48,457 nt of DNA from Thiobacillus sp. (lineage in GTDB: Bacteria; Pseudomonadota; Gammaproteobacteria; Burkholderiales; Thiobacillaceae): NCBI GenBank assembly GCA_051305915.1, contig JBPPMF010000291.1, forward strand, positions 1-48,457, in the 5' to 3' direction. The translations under genes were made by a program, and so were the position numbers. Shown here one piece after another: positions 28,440 through 36,651 of this stretch. Each line of letters starts with the position of its first letter. Position 1 is the first letter of the stretch. Under the pieces are notes generated by a model. It made no database searches. It was not told the DNA's origin and saw nothing but the letters and a program-made list of their open reading frames with translations.

Positions 28440-30059
28440 TTAGCGTGCGAGGAGGGAGAACAGGATGACTAGGCCTGCGAGCCACAGCCCCCCGGCCAGC
28501 GACCAGGCGCGCAGCTGGGCTTCCAGTCGCGGCGGGTGCGCAGCGGTACGCGGTAGCGCGGGCGGGGTCGCCGGCCGCGGCAGCTGGCGGCGCTGACGCC
28601 ACAGCGCAGCGAGCAGGCGTTCGAGCGGCCGCAGCAGATCGCCGGGGGGAACGGCGGGTGCGCGCACTCTTGAGCGCAGAGCCACGAAAGCCAGCACCAG
28701 CGCAGCGAATAACGGCCAGATTGCGGCCAGCATGGCCGGCGCGGTCAACGCCGACTGCCAACTCGCGGCGGGCGTCAGCCAGGCGGCCAGCCCGGCGACG
28801 CCAAGCAGCGCCAGCAGCCAGGGTGCTATCAAGCCGCGGCTTGAAGCATCCAGCTGCGCGGGTTGGCGCAGCACCAGCCAAAGCAGCCGCAGCATCAGCA
28901 GCGCGGTGCCAAGCCCGCCCAGCGTCAGCAGCAGCGGTAGGGTGTCGGCCCAGGGGGCCGGCAAGGTTTGCAATGCCTGCTTGAGGCCGCTCTTGGCGAG
29001 CATGCCGCTGGTCAGGGGCGCGCCCGCCAGCGCCAGTGCCGGCAGCGCCATTCCAAGCAGGACGCCCGGTGAGGCGCCGCGTCGCTGCAGCACGCCGAGG
29101 CCAAGGAACAGCGCGCTTTTCGCCAGCGCGTGGTGCACGGCGTAGAGGATGACCGCCGGCAGCAGCAGCGGCCACAGGCCGGGTGCCAAGAGGCCGGCGC
29201 CGACACCCAGGCTGATGAATCCCATCTGGCTGATGCTGGAGTAGGCGAGCAGCGCGCCGGGCTGGCGCTGGGTCAGGCCGATGACGCTGCCGAAGAAGAT
29301 AGCGAGCAGGCCGGCCAGCAACATCGCTGTGCCCGCCCCCGGCAGCGTCGCCTCGCCCAGCGGCAGAAAGCGCAGCCAGCCGAGCAGGCCGGCCTTGATC
29401 ATCGCTCCGGCCAGCACCGCCGCGCCGGGGATGGGAATGGCGGCATACGCCAGCGGCAGCGAAACGTGCAGCAGCGGCAGCCCGGTCTTAACGCCGAAAC
29501 CGAGGATCAGGCAGGCTACGGCGGCGGGAAGATACGTGGCGTCAACGGCAAGCAAGAGGCCGGACAGGATCAGCATTTCGCCCGCCAGCGCCAGCACCAG
29601 GTAGACCCGCCCCGCGCGCCGGGATGCGGCGCTGCGGTCATGCACGATGAGACCGTAGGCGGCGAAGCTCATCAGGGCGAAAAACCAGTAGAAAGCGGCC
29701 GGGTCGAGCGCCAGGCAGAAGCCCAGGTTGCCGGCTTGGGTCAGCAGGAAAAACCCGGCAAAGGTGTGGCGGCGTTCGTCATGCGTCAGCCAGGCGCGGG
29801 CAAACCAGCCGGCGGCGAGCCAGATCAGCGCGGTGAACAGCAGGAAGACGCGGCCGGTTTCATCAAGGCCGAGGCGGGTGCCGAGCAGCAGCCAGGACAG
29901 GTCGAGTTCGTACCGGATCGGCGCGGCCAGCGCCAGGATCAGCGCGGGCAGCGGTGCCCACGGCGCTAACCGCAGGCCGAGCGCGCGGCTGGCCGGCAGC
30001 CACAGCAGCGCGGCGGCCAGCAGCGGCGCCGCCAGGCTCAGGCCGATCAGGGCATCCAT
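28440..30059 (-). CDS. MrpA/D-like antiporter-like subunit, copy 3 (tandem paralog of 26746-28428)
   Basis: GFGVKTG, MIKAG, LAYSSISQMG and HHALAKSALF motifs; start ATG 30059. Confidence 0.88.
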   Translation of the reverse strand: MDALIGLSLAAPLLAAALLWLPASRALGLRLAPWAPLPALILALAAPIRYELDLSWLLLGTRLGLDETGRVFLLFTALIWLAAGWFARAWLTHDERRHTFAGFFLLTQAGNLGFCLALDPAAFYWFFALMSFAAYGLIVHDRSAASRRAGRVYLVLALAGEMLILSGLLLAVDATYLPAAVACLILGFGVKTGLPLLHVSLPLAYAAIPIPGAAVLAGAMIKAGLLGWLRFLPLGEATLPGAGTAMLLAGLLAIFFGSVIGLTQRQPGALLAYSSISQMGFISLGVGAGLLAPGLWPLLLPAVILYAVHHALAKSALFLGLGVLQRRGASPGVLLGMALPALALAGAPLTSGMLAKSGLKQALQTLPAPWADTLPLLLTLGGLGTALLMLRLLWLVLRQPAQLDASSRGLIAPWLLALLGVAGLAAWLTPAASWQSALTAPAMLAAIWPLFAALVLAFVALRSRVRAPAVPPGDLLRPLERLLAALWRQRRQLPRPATPPALPRTAAHPPRLEAQLRAWSLAGGLWLAGLVILFSLLAR

Positions 30060-31555
30060 GCCAGATACTCCCGCACGGCAATCAGCTCGGCCCAGCTCAG
30101 CGGGCTGAATGCCGCGGCGGCGAAGAGTCCCACCACCACCGTGGCGGCGGCGGTGACCAGCGGCGGAATCAGCAGCAGCGGCGCGGTTTCCCAGCGACCG
30201 CGCTGCGGGATTTGTTCGTTCGGCCACGAGCCGCTTGCCGGCTTGAACCAGGCGCGATGCAGGATGGGCAGGAAATAGGCGGCGTTCAACAGGCTCGACG
30301 CGGCCAGCACCGCCAGCACCCACGGCATGCCCGCTTCAAGCGCGCCGACGCCAAGATACCACTTGCTGATGAAGCCGGCCAGCGGCGGCACCCCGATCAT
30401 GCCGAAGGCGCCGAGGCTGAAGGCGAGCGTGGTCCACGGCATGCGCCGGCCGACCCCGTCCATCTCGCTGACCTTGTGGATGCCGAGGGTTTCGGCGTAG
30501 TTGCCAGCGCAGAAGAACAGGGTGATTTTCATGATGCCCTGGTGCACCAGATGCACCAGGCCGCCGATGGTGCCGAGCGGGCCGAACAGGGCGACGCCGA
30601 GCACGATGTAGGACACCTGGCTGACGGTGGAATAGGCCAGGCGCTTCTTCAGGTCGTCCTGGAACAGCGCGCGCAGGCTGCCCCAGATGATGGTGATCGA
30701 GGCGGCAATCGCCAGCGGCAGCAGCAGGGTGAGCGATTGCGCGAATTCGACGCCGTAGACTTCGTAGACAACGCGCACGATGCCGAAGGCGCCTGCTTTC
30801 ACTACCGCCACCGCGTGCAGCAGCGCCGACACCGGCGCCGGCGCCACCATCGCCATCGGCAGCCAGCCGTGCAGCGGCACCAGCGCGGCCTTGACGCCGA
30901 GGCCGGCGATCAGCAGCAGGAAAATGATCTGTAAAGCACCGGCGGTTTCCGGCGGCAACGCCGCCAGCGAGCCGCCGTGGACGAAGTCGACCTGGCCGGC
31001 CAGCCCATACAGCCACACCGTGCCGATCAGCAGTAGGGCGCCGCCCGCCAGGGTATAGGCGAGATAGACGTGGCCCGCGCGCATCGCCTGTTCGGTGCCG
31101 CGATGCACCACCAGCGGGTAGGTCGCCAGCGTCAGCAGTTCGTAGAACAGGAAGAAGGTGAACAGGTTGCCCGCCATCGCCACGCCGACGGTGGCAGTGA
31201 CGCACAGGCTGAAAAACCCGAAGAAGCGGCTGCGATGCGGCGCGCCTTCCAGATAGCCGATGGCATAGAGCGTGGTGAACAGCCACAGCACCGCCGACAG
31301 GGTGACGAACAGCAGCGCCAGTGCGTCGGCTTTCAGTACCAGGTCGAGTCCCGGCAGCACGGTGTGGCGGAACACGTATTCGTGGTCGTTGAGCACGCCC
31401 CACAACATCACGCCGATGAGCGCGATCTTGGCGAACGCGCCGATCAGGTTGAGCGCAGTGCGCAGGCGGATGCGTACCTCGGCGAGGAAGAAAATGACGA
31501 GGCCGGGCAGGAAGGAACTCAACACCACCCCCAGCGGCAGCCAGGTGTCGATCAT
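30047..31555 (-). CDS. MrpD/MrpA-like antiporter subunit, copy 2
   Basis: GNLFTFFLFYELL, KAALVPLHGWLP, ALLHAVAVVKAG, LAYSTVSQ, HQGIMK and GFISKW motifs. Confidence 0.92.
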   Translation of the reverse strand: MIDTWLPLGVVLSSFLPGLVIFFLAEVRIRLRTALNLIGAFAKIALIGVMLWGVLNDHEYVFRHTVLPGLDLVLKADALALLFVTLSAVLWLFTTLYAIGYLEGAPHRSRFFGFFSLCVTATVGVAMAGNLFTFFLFYELLTLATYPLVVHRGTEQAMRAGHVYLAYTLAGGALLLIGTVWLYGLAGQVDFVHGGSLAALPPETAGALQIIFLLLIAGLGVKAALVPLHGWLPMAMVAPAPVSALLHAVAVVKAGAFGIVRVVYEVYGVEFAQSLTLLLPLAIAASITIIWGSLRALFQDDLKKRLAYSTVSQVSYIVLGVALFGPLGTIGGLVHLVHQGIMKITLFFCAGNYAETLGIHKVSEMDGVGRRMPWTTLAFSLGAFGMIGVPPLAGFISKWYLGVGALEAGMPWVLAVLAASSLLNAAYFLPILHRAWFKPASGSWPNEQIPQRGRWETAPLLLIPPLVTAAATVVVGLFAAAAFSPLSWAELIAVREYLAWMP

Positions 31556-32958
31556 GCCGTCCTCCCGACCATCAGCAGTTCAATCAGCGGCGCGCCGAAC
31601 AGCCCCAGCAGAATGGATGTCAGCGCCAGCGCGAAGGCGCTGAATTCCAGCGTGCGCGGCACCCGCGTCAGGCTGTCGCCTTCCGCCGCCGGCAGGAAGG
31701 CGCGGCGCAACACCTTGAATACGTAGGCTGCGGTCAACAGGCCGCCCGCGATCATCACCGCAACCCACCACCACTGGCCGCTCTCCAGCGCTGCCATCAG
31801 CAGCAGCCACTTGGCGGAGAAGCCGCCCGAGGGCGGCAGCCCCATCAGCGTCACCCCGGCGAGTCCAAAGGTAAACAGGGACAACGGTAGATGCGCGCCT
31901 ACGCCGCCCACGCGACCGATGTCGTCGCCACCGGGCGCCACTGCCTGCATCACCCCGCCCTGGACTGCGCTGTCGGCGGCGAGCGGCGGTACCAGGGTCG
32001 CAAGCGGGAACAGCAGGAAGAGATAACCGATCTGCGCCACGGTGGAATAGGCCACCAGCATTTTCAGCCGCGTTTGCGTCAATGCCAGCCACGAGCCCCA
32101 CAGGATCGCCGCCGCGCCCAGCGCACCGATTAGCTGCGCGGCGGCGACGGTGGTGAGCGGCGCGAAGAGTTCCAGCCACAGCCGTAACACCAAATAGAAC
32201 GTGGCCTTGATCACCAGCGCCGACAGCAGCGCGGAGACCGGCGCCGGTGAGCCGCCGTGGGCCGGCGGCAACCAGAAATGAAACGGGAACAGCGCGGTTT
32301 TCAGCAGCAGGCCTGTCAGCATCAGCGCCGCTGCCAGCGTGACGGCCAGCGGGGCTTCGGACGTGAGCAGCGGGGCGAGCACCGCCAGCGACACACTGCC
32401 GTAGCTGCCGTAAATCAGCGCGACGCCGAGCAGGTAAGCGGCGGAACCGAGCAGCGTGGCGAACAGATAGCGCATCGCCGCGGTGACCGGTTGCTTGCCG
32501 CCGGCGATCGCCACCAGCCCCACCGCCGCCAGCCCTAGCAGTTCTAGCGTGACGTAGATGTTGAACAAATCAGCCGCCAGAAACAGCGCGTTGAGCGCCG
32601 CCAGCAGAAAGCCCGTCATCGGCCAGAACAGTGCGTGCCCTTTCGGGTGCGCGGCGAAATAACCGCGTGCGTACACCGCCAGCGGCAGGGCGACCGCCTG
32701 CGTCAGCAGCAGCATCACCGCGGCAAGGCCGTCCGCCATGAGGTCGATGCCGAGCGGTGCACCCCAGCCGCCGACCGCGTAGACACGCGTGCCGTCATCG
32801 AGCAACTGGCCGGCAAGCTGCAACGCCAGCACCCCCTGCAATGCGGTTGCCGCGATGGCAAGCCGGCCGCCACGCCCGCGGCCGAGCACGAAGGCCAGCG
32901 TGCCCCACAGCAGCGGCAGCACGATCAGCCAGGGCAGCGGGTCAAGAAAATCTGCCAT
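31552..32958 (-). CDS. MrpD-like antiporter subunit, copy 1, with an apparent in-frame deletion of TM11
   Basis: GWGAPLGI, DLFNIYVTLEL, KTALFPFHFWLP, AYSTVAQ and GFSAKW motifs; lacks the HAxxKxxxF helix. Confidence 0.88.
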   Translation of the reverse strand: MADFLDPLPWLIVLPLLWGTLAFVLGRGRGGRLAIAATALQGVLALQLAGQLLDDGTRVYAVGGWGAPLGIDLMADGLAAVMLLLTQAVALPLAVYARGYFAAHPKGHALFWPMTGFLLAALNALFLAADLFNIYVTLELLGLAAVGLVAIAGGKQPVTAAMRYLFATLLGSAAYLLGVALIYGSYGSVSLAVLAPLLTSEAPLAVTLAAALMLTGLLLKTALFPFHFWLPPAHGGSPAPVSALLSALVIKATFYLVLRLWLELFAPLTTVAAAQLIGALGAAAILWGSWLALTQTRLKMLVAYSTVAQIGYLFLLFPLATLVPPLAADSAVQGGVMQAVAPGGDDIGRVGGVGAHLPLSLFTFGLAGVTLMGLPPSGGFSAKWLLLMAALESGQWWWVAVMIAGGLLTAAYVFKVLRRAFLPAAEGDSLTRVPRTLEFSAFALALTSILLGLFGAPLIELLMVGRTA

Positions 32959-33026
32959 CGAATCCCTGTAATGCTACTTTGTAGATAATGCGTTCACCCC
33001 CCATTTTTGACGAGCAGGAGCATGCA

Positions 33027-33641
33027 ATGACCGAACCGACCGATATTCCCGGCAGCCAACCCCAGGCAGCGACGCTGATGTCGCGTCTGACCCAGACCCG
33101 TCTGCCGCTGTGGATCAGCCTTGCACTGTTGCTGCTGTGGCTGCTGACCCTGGGCTGGCACAGCCTCGCACTGTCGCGTGCGGAGGCACGGCTGGAGAAG
33201 GATCGCGAGGCCATGACCTCGCAGTTCGAGGTCGATCGCGGCACCTTGATCGGCCAGGTGCGCACGCGCGTGGCGGATGAATCCGACGAGGCGCAGCGGC
33301 AGCTCGGCATGGCACTGGCATGGGCGGTGCGCGGCGAGATGATCCGCAACAACCTCGACCAGGTCGACCAGTTCTTCGGCGAAATCGTCAAGCTGCCGAA
33401 TACCGAGCGCGTGCTGCTGGCGGGCAGCGACGGCAAGGTGCAGGTGTCGACCGATCGCCTCCACCTGGGTGCCGAGGCCACCACGCTGGTGGCGCCGGAG
33501 TTGCTGTTGTTGCCGCAGATCACGGTGCGCCGCGAGGCTGACGGCAGCCGGCTACTGGTGGGTCCGGTCATGGGGCTCAATGCGCGTCTCGGCACCGTGA
33601 TCGTGAGCAGCCGCCAGGCCGATTCCCTGTCCGGCTTGTAA
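33027..33641 (+). CDS. Hypothetical protein with one TM helix and a Cache/PDC-like domain, antisense within the mrp operon
   Basis: AGGAG RBS before ATG 33027; hydrophobic LPLWISLALLLLWLLTLGW; VLLAGSDGKVQVSTD...LLVGPVMG..LGTVIV pattern; fills the gap between mrpC and mrpD. Confidence 0.75.
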   Translation: MTEPTDIPGSQPQAATLMSRLTQTRLPLWISLALLLLWLLTLGWHSLALSRAEARLEKDREAMTSQFEVDRGTLIGQVRTRVADESDEAQRQLGMALAWAVRGEMIRNNLDQVDQFFGEIVKLPNTERVLLAGSDGKVQVSTDRLHLGAEATTLVAPELLLLPQITVRREADGSRLLVGPVMGLNARLGTVIVSSRQADSLSGL

Positions 33642-33647
33642 GCGCGT

Positions 33648-33968
33648 TCAATCATCTGCCGGGTCCGGCTCGGAGCGGTCTTCCGGCAGGCGCATCTGGC
33701 CGCTGAGGTCGAGCAGTTGCCGCGCCAATGCCAGCGCCAGTGCGGTGGCGGCGATGGCGACGACGATGCCGGTGAGTACCATGGCCTGCGGCACCGGGTC
33801 GGTCGTGCCGTCGCGCTGGCCCAGCCCCACCAGGATCAGGAACGCCCCGCTGCCGAGAATGTTGAAGGCGAGAATCTTGCGCAGCAGATGCGGCTGCAGC
33901 AGCAGACCGGCCAGTCCGATGGCGAACAGTGCTGCGCCCGCCAGCGCATAGAGCAGCGCGGCGCTCAT
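33648..33968 (-). CDS. mrpC: MrpC-like subunit (NuoK family)
   Basis: LLRKILAFNI and DPVPQAMVLTGIVVA motifs; start ATG 33968. Confidence 0.9.
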   Translation of the reverse strand: MSAALLYALAGAALFAIGLAGLLLQPHLLRKILAFNILGSGAFLILVGLGQRDGTTDPVPQAMVLTGIVVAIAATALALALARQLLDLSGQMRLPEDRSEPDPADD

Positions 33969-34621
33969 TGCTTCGCACCCGCGCTGGCGAGATAGAGCCC
34001 GGCGAGGGTGAGGCCGATCGACAGCGTGAGGCCGGCTTCGACCAGCAGGATCAGCGCGCCTGCCATGCTGATCGGGTAGTGCAGCAGGCTGCCCTGCGGC
34101 AGCCCGGCGACGGCCACTGCCAGAAACACCAGCAGACCCAGCGCCAGCCCGCCACGCAGCAGCCGGCCCGGCGAGGCCCAGTTCGGCAGCAGTCCCGCCA
34201 GGCGCAGCAGCACGCCGGCGGCGGCCAGCACTGCGCCGGCCTGGAAGGCGCCGCCCGGCGCATGCGCACCGACCCACAACAGATAGCCCGCCACCAGCAC
34301 CATCAGCGGCGCCAGCAGCCGCGCGAGGGTTTGCAGCACGGGATGGGCGGCGCGAGGGGCGTGTTCATCGGTATGGCGCGAGAGCGCGAACACCCCGAGC
34401 AGCGCCAGCAGCAGCACCGCTACTTCCAGCAGGGTGTCGTAGCCGCGGAAGTTGAGCAGCACCGCGGTGACCGGGTGGGCGACGCCGCTGGTGTCGAGAT
34501 TCGCCGTCACCTGCGCGGGCAGGCGTACCGAAAATTCGGGCAGCGCCAGCATGGCGGCGCCGAGTGCCAGCGCCAGTGCGGTGCATAGCAGAATGATCAG
34601 CACATTGAGCGCGTGCTTCAT
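33965..34621 (-). CDS. mrpB: MrpB/MnhB-like subunit
   Basis: HPVTAVLLNFRGYDTLLE and GAHAPGGAFQAG motifs; start ATG 34621. Confidence 0.88.
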   Translation of the reverse strand: MKHALNVLIILLCTALALALGAAMLALPEFSVRLPAQVTANLDTSGVAHPVTAVLLNFRGYDTLLEVAVLLLALLGVFALSRHTDEHAPRAAHPVLQTLARLLAPLMVLVAGYLLWVGAHAPGGAFQAGAVLAAAGVLLRLAGLLPNWASPGRLLRGGLALGLLVFLAVAVAGLPQGSLLHYPISMAGALILLVEAGLTLSIGLTLAGLYLASAGAKQ

Positions 34622-34878
34622 GGCTCCGGCTCCCGCCGTCTGGCGCGCAGGTGGCCGACCGCATCGAGCAGCAGCGCGCCGGTGAGTCCGGCGCCGATGG
34701 CGGCCTCGGCCAGCGCGATGTCGGGGGCGCCGAGGCGGGCCCAGGCCAGCGCCATCAACAGGCCGAAAACGATGAACAGCACCACCGCGTGGAACACGTC
34801 GGCGATGGTGAGCGCGCGCGCCGCGCTCCACACGAGCGCCGCGATCAGCAGCAGGTCGAAGGCCAGCGCCGGCGTCAT
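34618..34878 (-). CDS. DUF4040/MbhD-like small subunit (MrpA C-terminal-like)
   Basis: AVVLFIVFGLLMALAWARLGAPDIALAEAAIGAGLTG. Confidence 0.85.
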   Translation of the reverse strand: MTPALAFDLLLIAALVWSAARALTIADVFHAVVLFIVFGLLMALAWARLGAPDIALAEAAIGAGLTGALLLDAVGHLRARRREPEP

Positions 34879-35183
34879 TCGCGGTCTCCGGACTGCCACG
34901 GCACGATGCCGTTCTGGCGCGCGCGGCGGGCGATCAGGAAGCCGACGGTGGCGCTGGCCGCCAGCGCCAGCAGCCAGATCAGGACCAGCTTCAAAGCCGT
35001 TGCCGGGCTGGACGTTTGCAGCAGCAGGCCGAGCACGATGAAGCCGAGCCCGAGATTGTCGGCCTTGGCCAGCGCGTGCAGGCGGGTGTAGATATCAGGA
35101 AAGCGCAGCAGGCCGACGGTGCCGGCGAAGAAGAACACCGCGCCGACCAGCAGCAGAAGCGTGCTCACGTATTCAGTTGTCAT
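34875..35183 (-). CDS. mrpG: MrpG subunit
   Basis: GTVGLLRFPDIYTRLHALAKADNLG; start ATG 35183. Confidence 0.9.
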   Translation of the reverse strand: MTTEYVSTLLLLVGAVFFFAGTVGLLRFPDIYTRLHALAKADNLGLGFIVLGLLLQTSSPATALKLVLIWLLALAASATVGFLIARRARQNGIVPWQSGDRE

Positions 35184-35454
35184 GCGTCGCCTCGCCAGCT
35201 TCCTCGCGCCAGGCGCGCTGGGCAAACGCGGCGCCGCTGATTGCTGCCAGCAGAGCGAACACCAGCGCGGTATCGAGCAGGGCGGCGCTGCCTGTCGCAA
35301 AACTCAGCAGCAACAGGATTGCAACGCCGGTGGTGCCGAACAGCAGCGCTGCCAGCAGGCGGTCGGCCGGGGTGGGCCCGCGTGCCACCCGCAGCAGGGC
35401 GACCAGCAGGTTGGCGAGCAGGAAAATGGACAGGATCAGCGTCAGATTGCTCAT
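35173..35454 (-). CDS. mrpF: MrpF subunit
   Basis: RVARGPTPADRLLA and DTALVFALL motifs; start ATG 35454. Confidence 0.88.
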   Translation of the reverse strand: MSNLTLILSIFLLANLLVALLRVARGPTPADRLLAALLFGTTGVAILLLLSFATGSAALLDTALVFALLAAISGAAFAQRAWREEAGEATHDN

Positions 35455-35948
35455 GGCTGCTCCAGTTGCAGTCCCAGCATGTGGGCTACGCGGATTTCGG
35501 CATGACGCACATCGGCTTCCGTCGACGCCTGCTCGTCGAGCACGTGCAGGCACAGGCGGTTGCCTTGCAGTCCCACGCTCAGGGTGCCCGGCAGCAGGCT
35601 CAGCGTGTTGACCAGCAGCACGCGGCCGATCCCTTCTGGCAAACGCAGGGAAATTTCATGGATGCCGGGCCGCAGTCCCGGGCGCGGGCGCAGCGCGAAC
35701 CACGCGACCTGGGTGCCGCCGCGCAGCGACTGGAAAAAAAAGAAGAGCAGAAAGCGCAGCAGGCCGATGCGCGACACATAGGTCGGCACCGGCGGCAGCA
35801 GGCGCAGGCTGAGCATCACCGCGGCGAGGATGCTGACACCGCCCACGCCCCAACTGTCGGCGCGGCCATCGGTCAGCGCCCACCATAGTCCGGCGAACAG
35901 GGCGCTGCGCCAGAGAAAGGCGCGGACGCCGGCGAGCGAGAGGGTCAT
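35451..35948 (-). CDS. mrpE: MrpE subunit
   Basis: LWWALT, LRPG, NTLSLLPGTL and LHVLD motifs. Confidence 0.88.
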   Translation of the reverse strand: MTLSLAGVRAFLWRSALFAGLWWALTDGRADSWGVGGVSILAAVMLSLRLLPPVPTYVSRIGLLRFLLFFFFQSLRGGTQVAWFALRPRPGLRPGIHEISLRLPEGIGRVLLVNTLSLLPGTLSVGLQGNRLCLHVLDEQASTEADVRHAEIRVAHMLGLQLEQP

Positions 35949-36640
35949 CGTACCGGCGCCTCCACCACGGCGTGCGGCGGATTGTTGAAGCGCACGCTGT
36001 CGGGCGCGTTGGTGCCGCCGGTCATGACGAAGCTCATTGCCTCTTCCATGGTCCAGTCGGTCATCACCACGTCGGCCAGCGGCAGGATTTCAATGTAGCC
36101 CGAGGTCGGGTTGGGCGAGGTGGGGACGTAGACCACCGCCAGTTCCTGCCCGCTGTCGGCGTCCGTCATCACTTTGGTGATGAGGCCGACCGCCCTCATC
36201 TCCGGTGAGGGAAAGCTGATCAGCACCACCCGCTGGCCCTGCACCGGCGGCTTGCTGACGGTTTGCAGGAAACGTTTGGTGGCACCGTAGATGGTATGCA
36301 CCAGCGGCAGGCGGTTGACCCAGTATTCGACGGTGGCGATGAATTTCCTGCCCAGCACGAATGAGGTAAACAGACCGATCAGATACAGCAGGACGAGGGT
36401 GAACAAGGCGGCGAGTGCGTATTGCACATCGGCATTCAGCAACCAGGAAGCCAGCGTGTCGGATAGCGGGCGCAACAGATGCGCCAGCCCCTTGATGAAG
36501 GGCGCGCCGGTGCTGGCCAGCAGGCCGAACAGAAAGTCGAACACCAGCCAGGTGACCCACAGCGGCGCGACGGTGAAGAAACCGATCAGCAGGTAGCGGA
36601 ACAGGTGCGGGTTGCGGGCGGACGGGGCTTCGCTGGGCAT
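35945..36640 (-). CDS. DUF502 family membrane protein
   Basis: YLLIGFFTVAPLWVT, RLPLVHTIYGATK and YVPTSPNPTSGY motifs; ATGA overlap with mrpE. Confidence 0.88.
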   Translation of the reverse strand: MPSEAPSARNPHLFRYLLIGFFTVAPLWVTWLVFDFLFGLLASTGAPFIKGLAHLLRPLSDTLASWLLNADVQYALAALFTLVLLYLIGLFTSFVLGRKFIATVEYWVNRLPLVHTIYGATKRFLQTVSKPPVQGQRVVLISFPSPEMRAVGLITKVMTDADSGQELAVVYVPTSPNPTSGYIEILPLADVVMTDWTMEEAMSFVMTGGTNAPDSVRFNNPPHAVVEAPVR

Positions 36641-36651
36641 GGCGGAAAATC

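Noticed and set aside
26746-29175. 809-aa ORF suggesting a fused or frameshifted giant subunit
   Set aside because: The first 249 codons are Ala/Arg-rich text overlapping copy 3 in another frame, as expected in very GC-rich DNA. The real start is ATG 28428.
26746-35948. Calling this cluster hydrogenase-4, Mbh or complex I
   Set aside because: No NiFe catalytic, Fe-S or NuoH-like subunits are present; MrpE/F/G point to an Mrp-type system.
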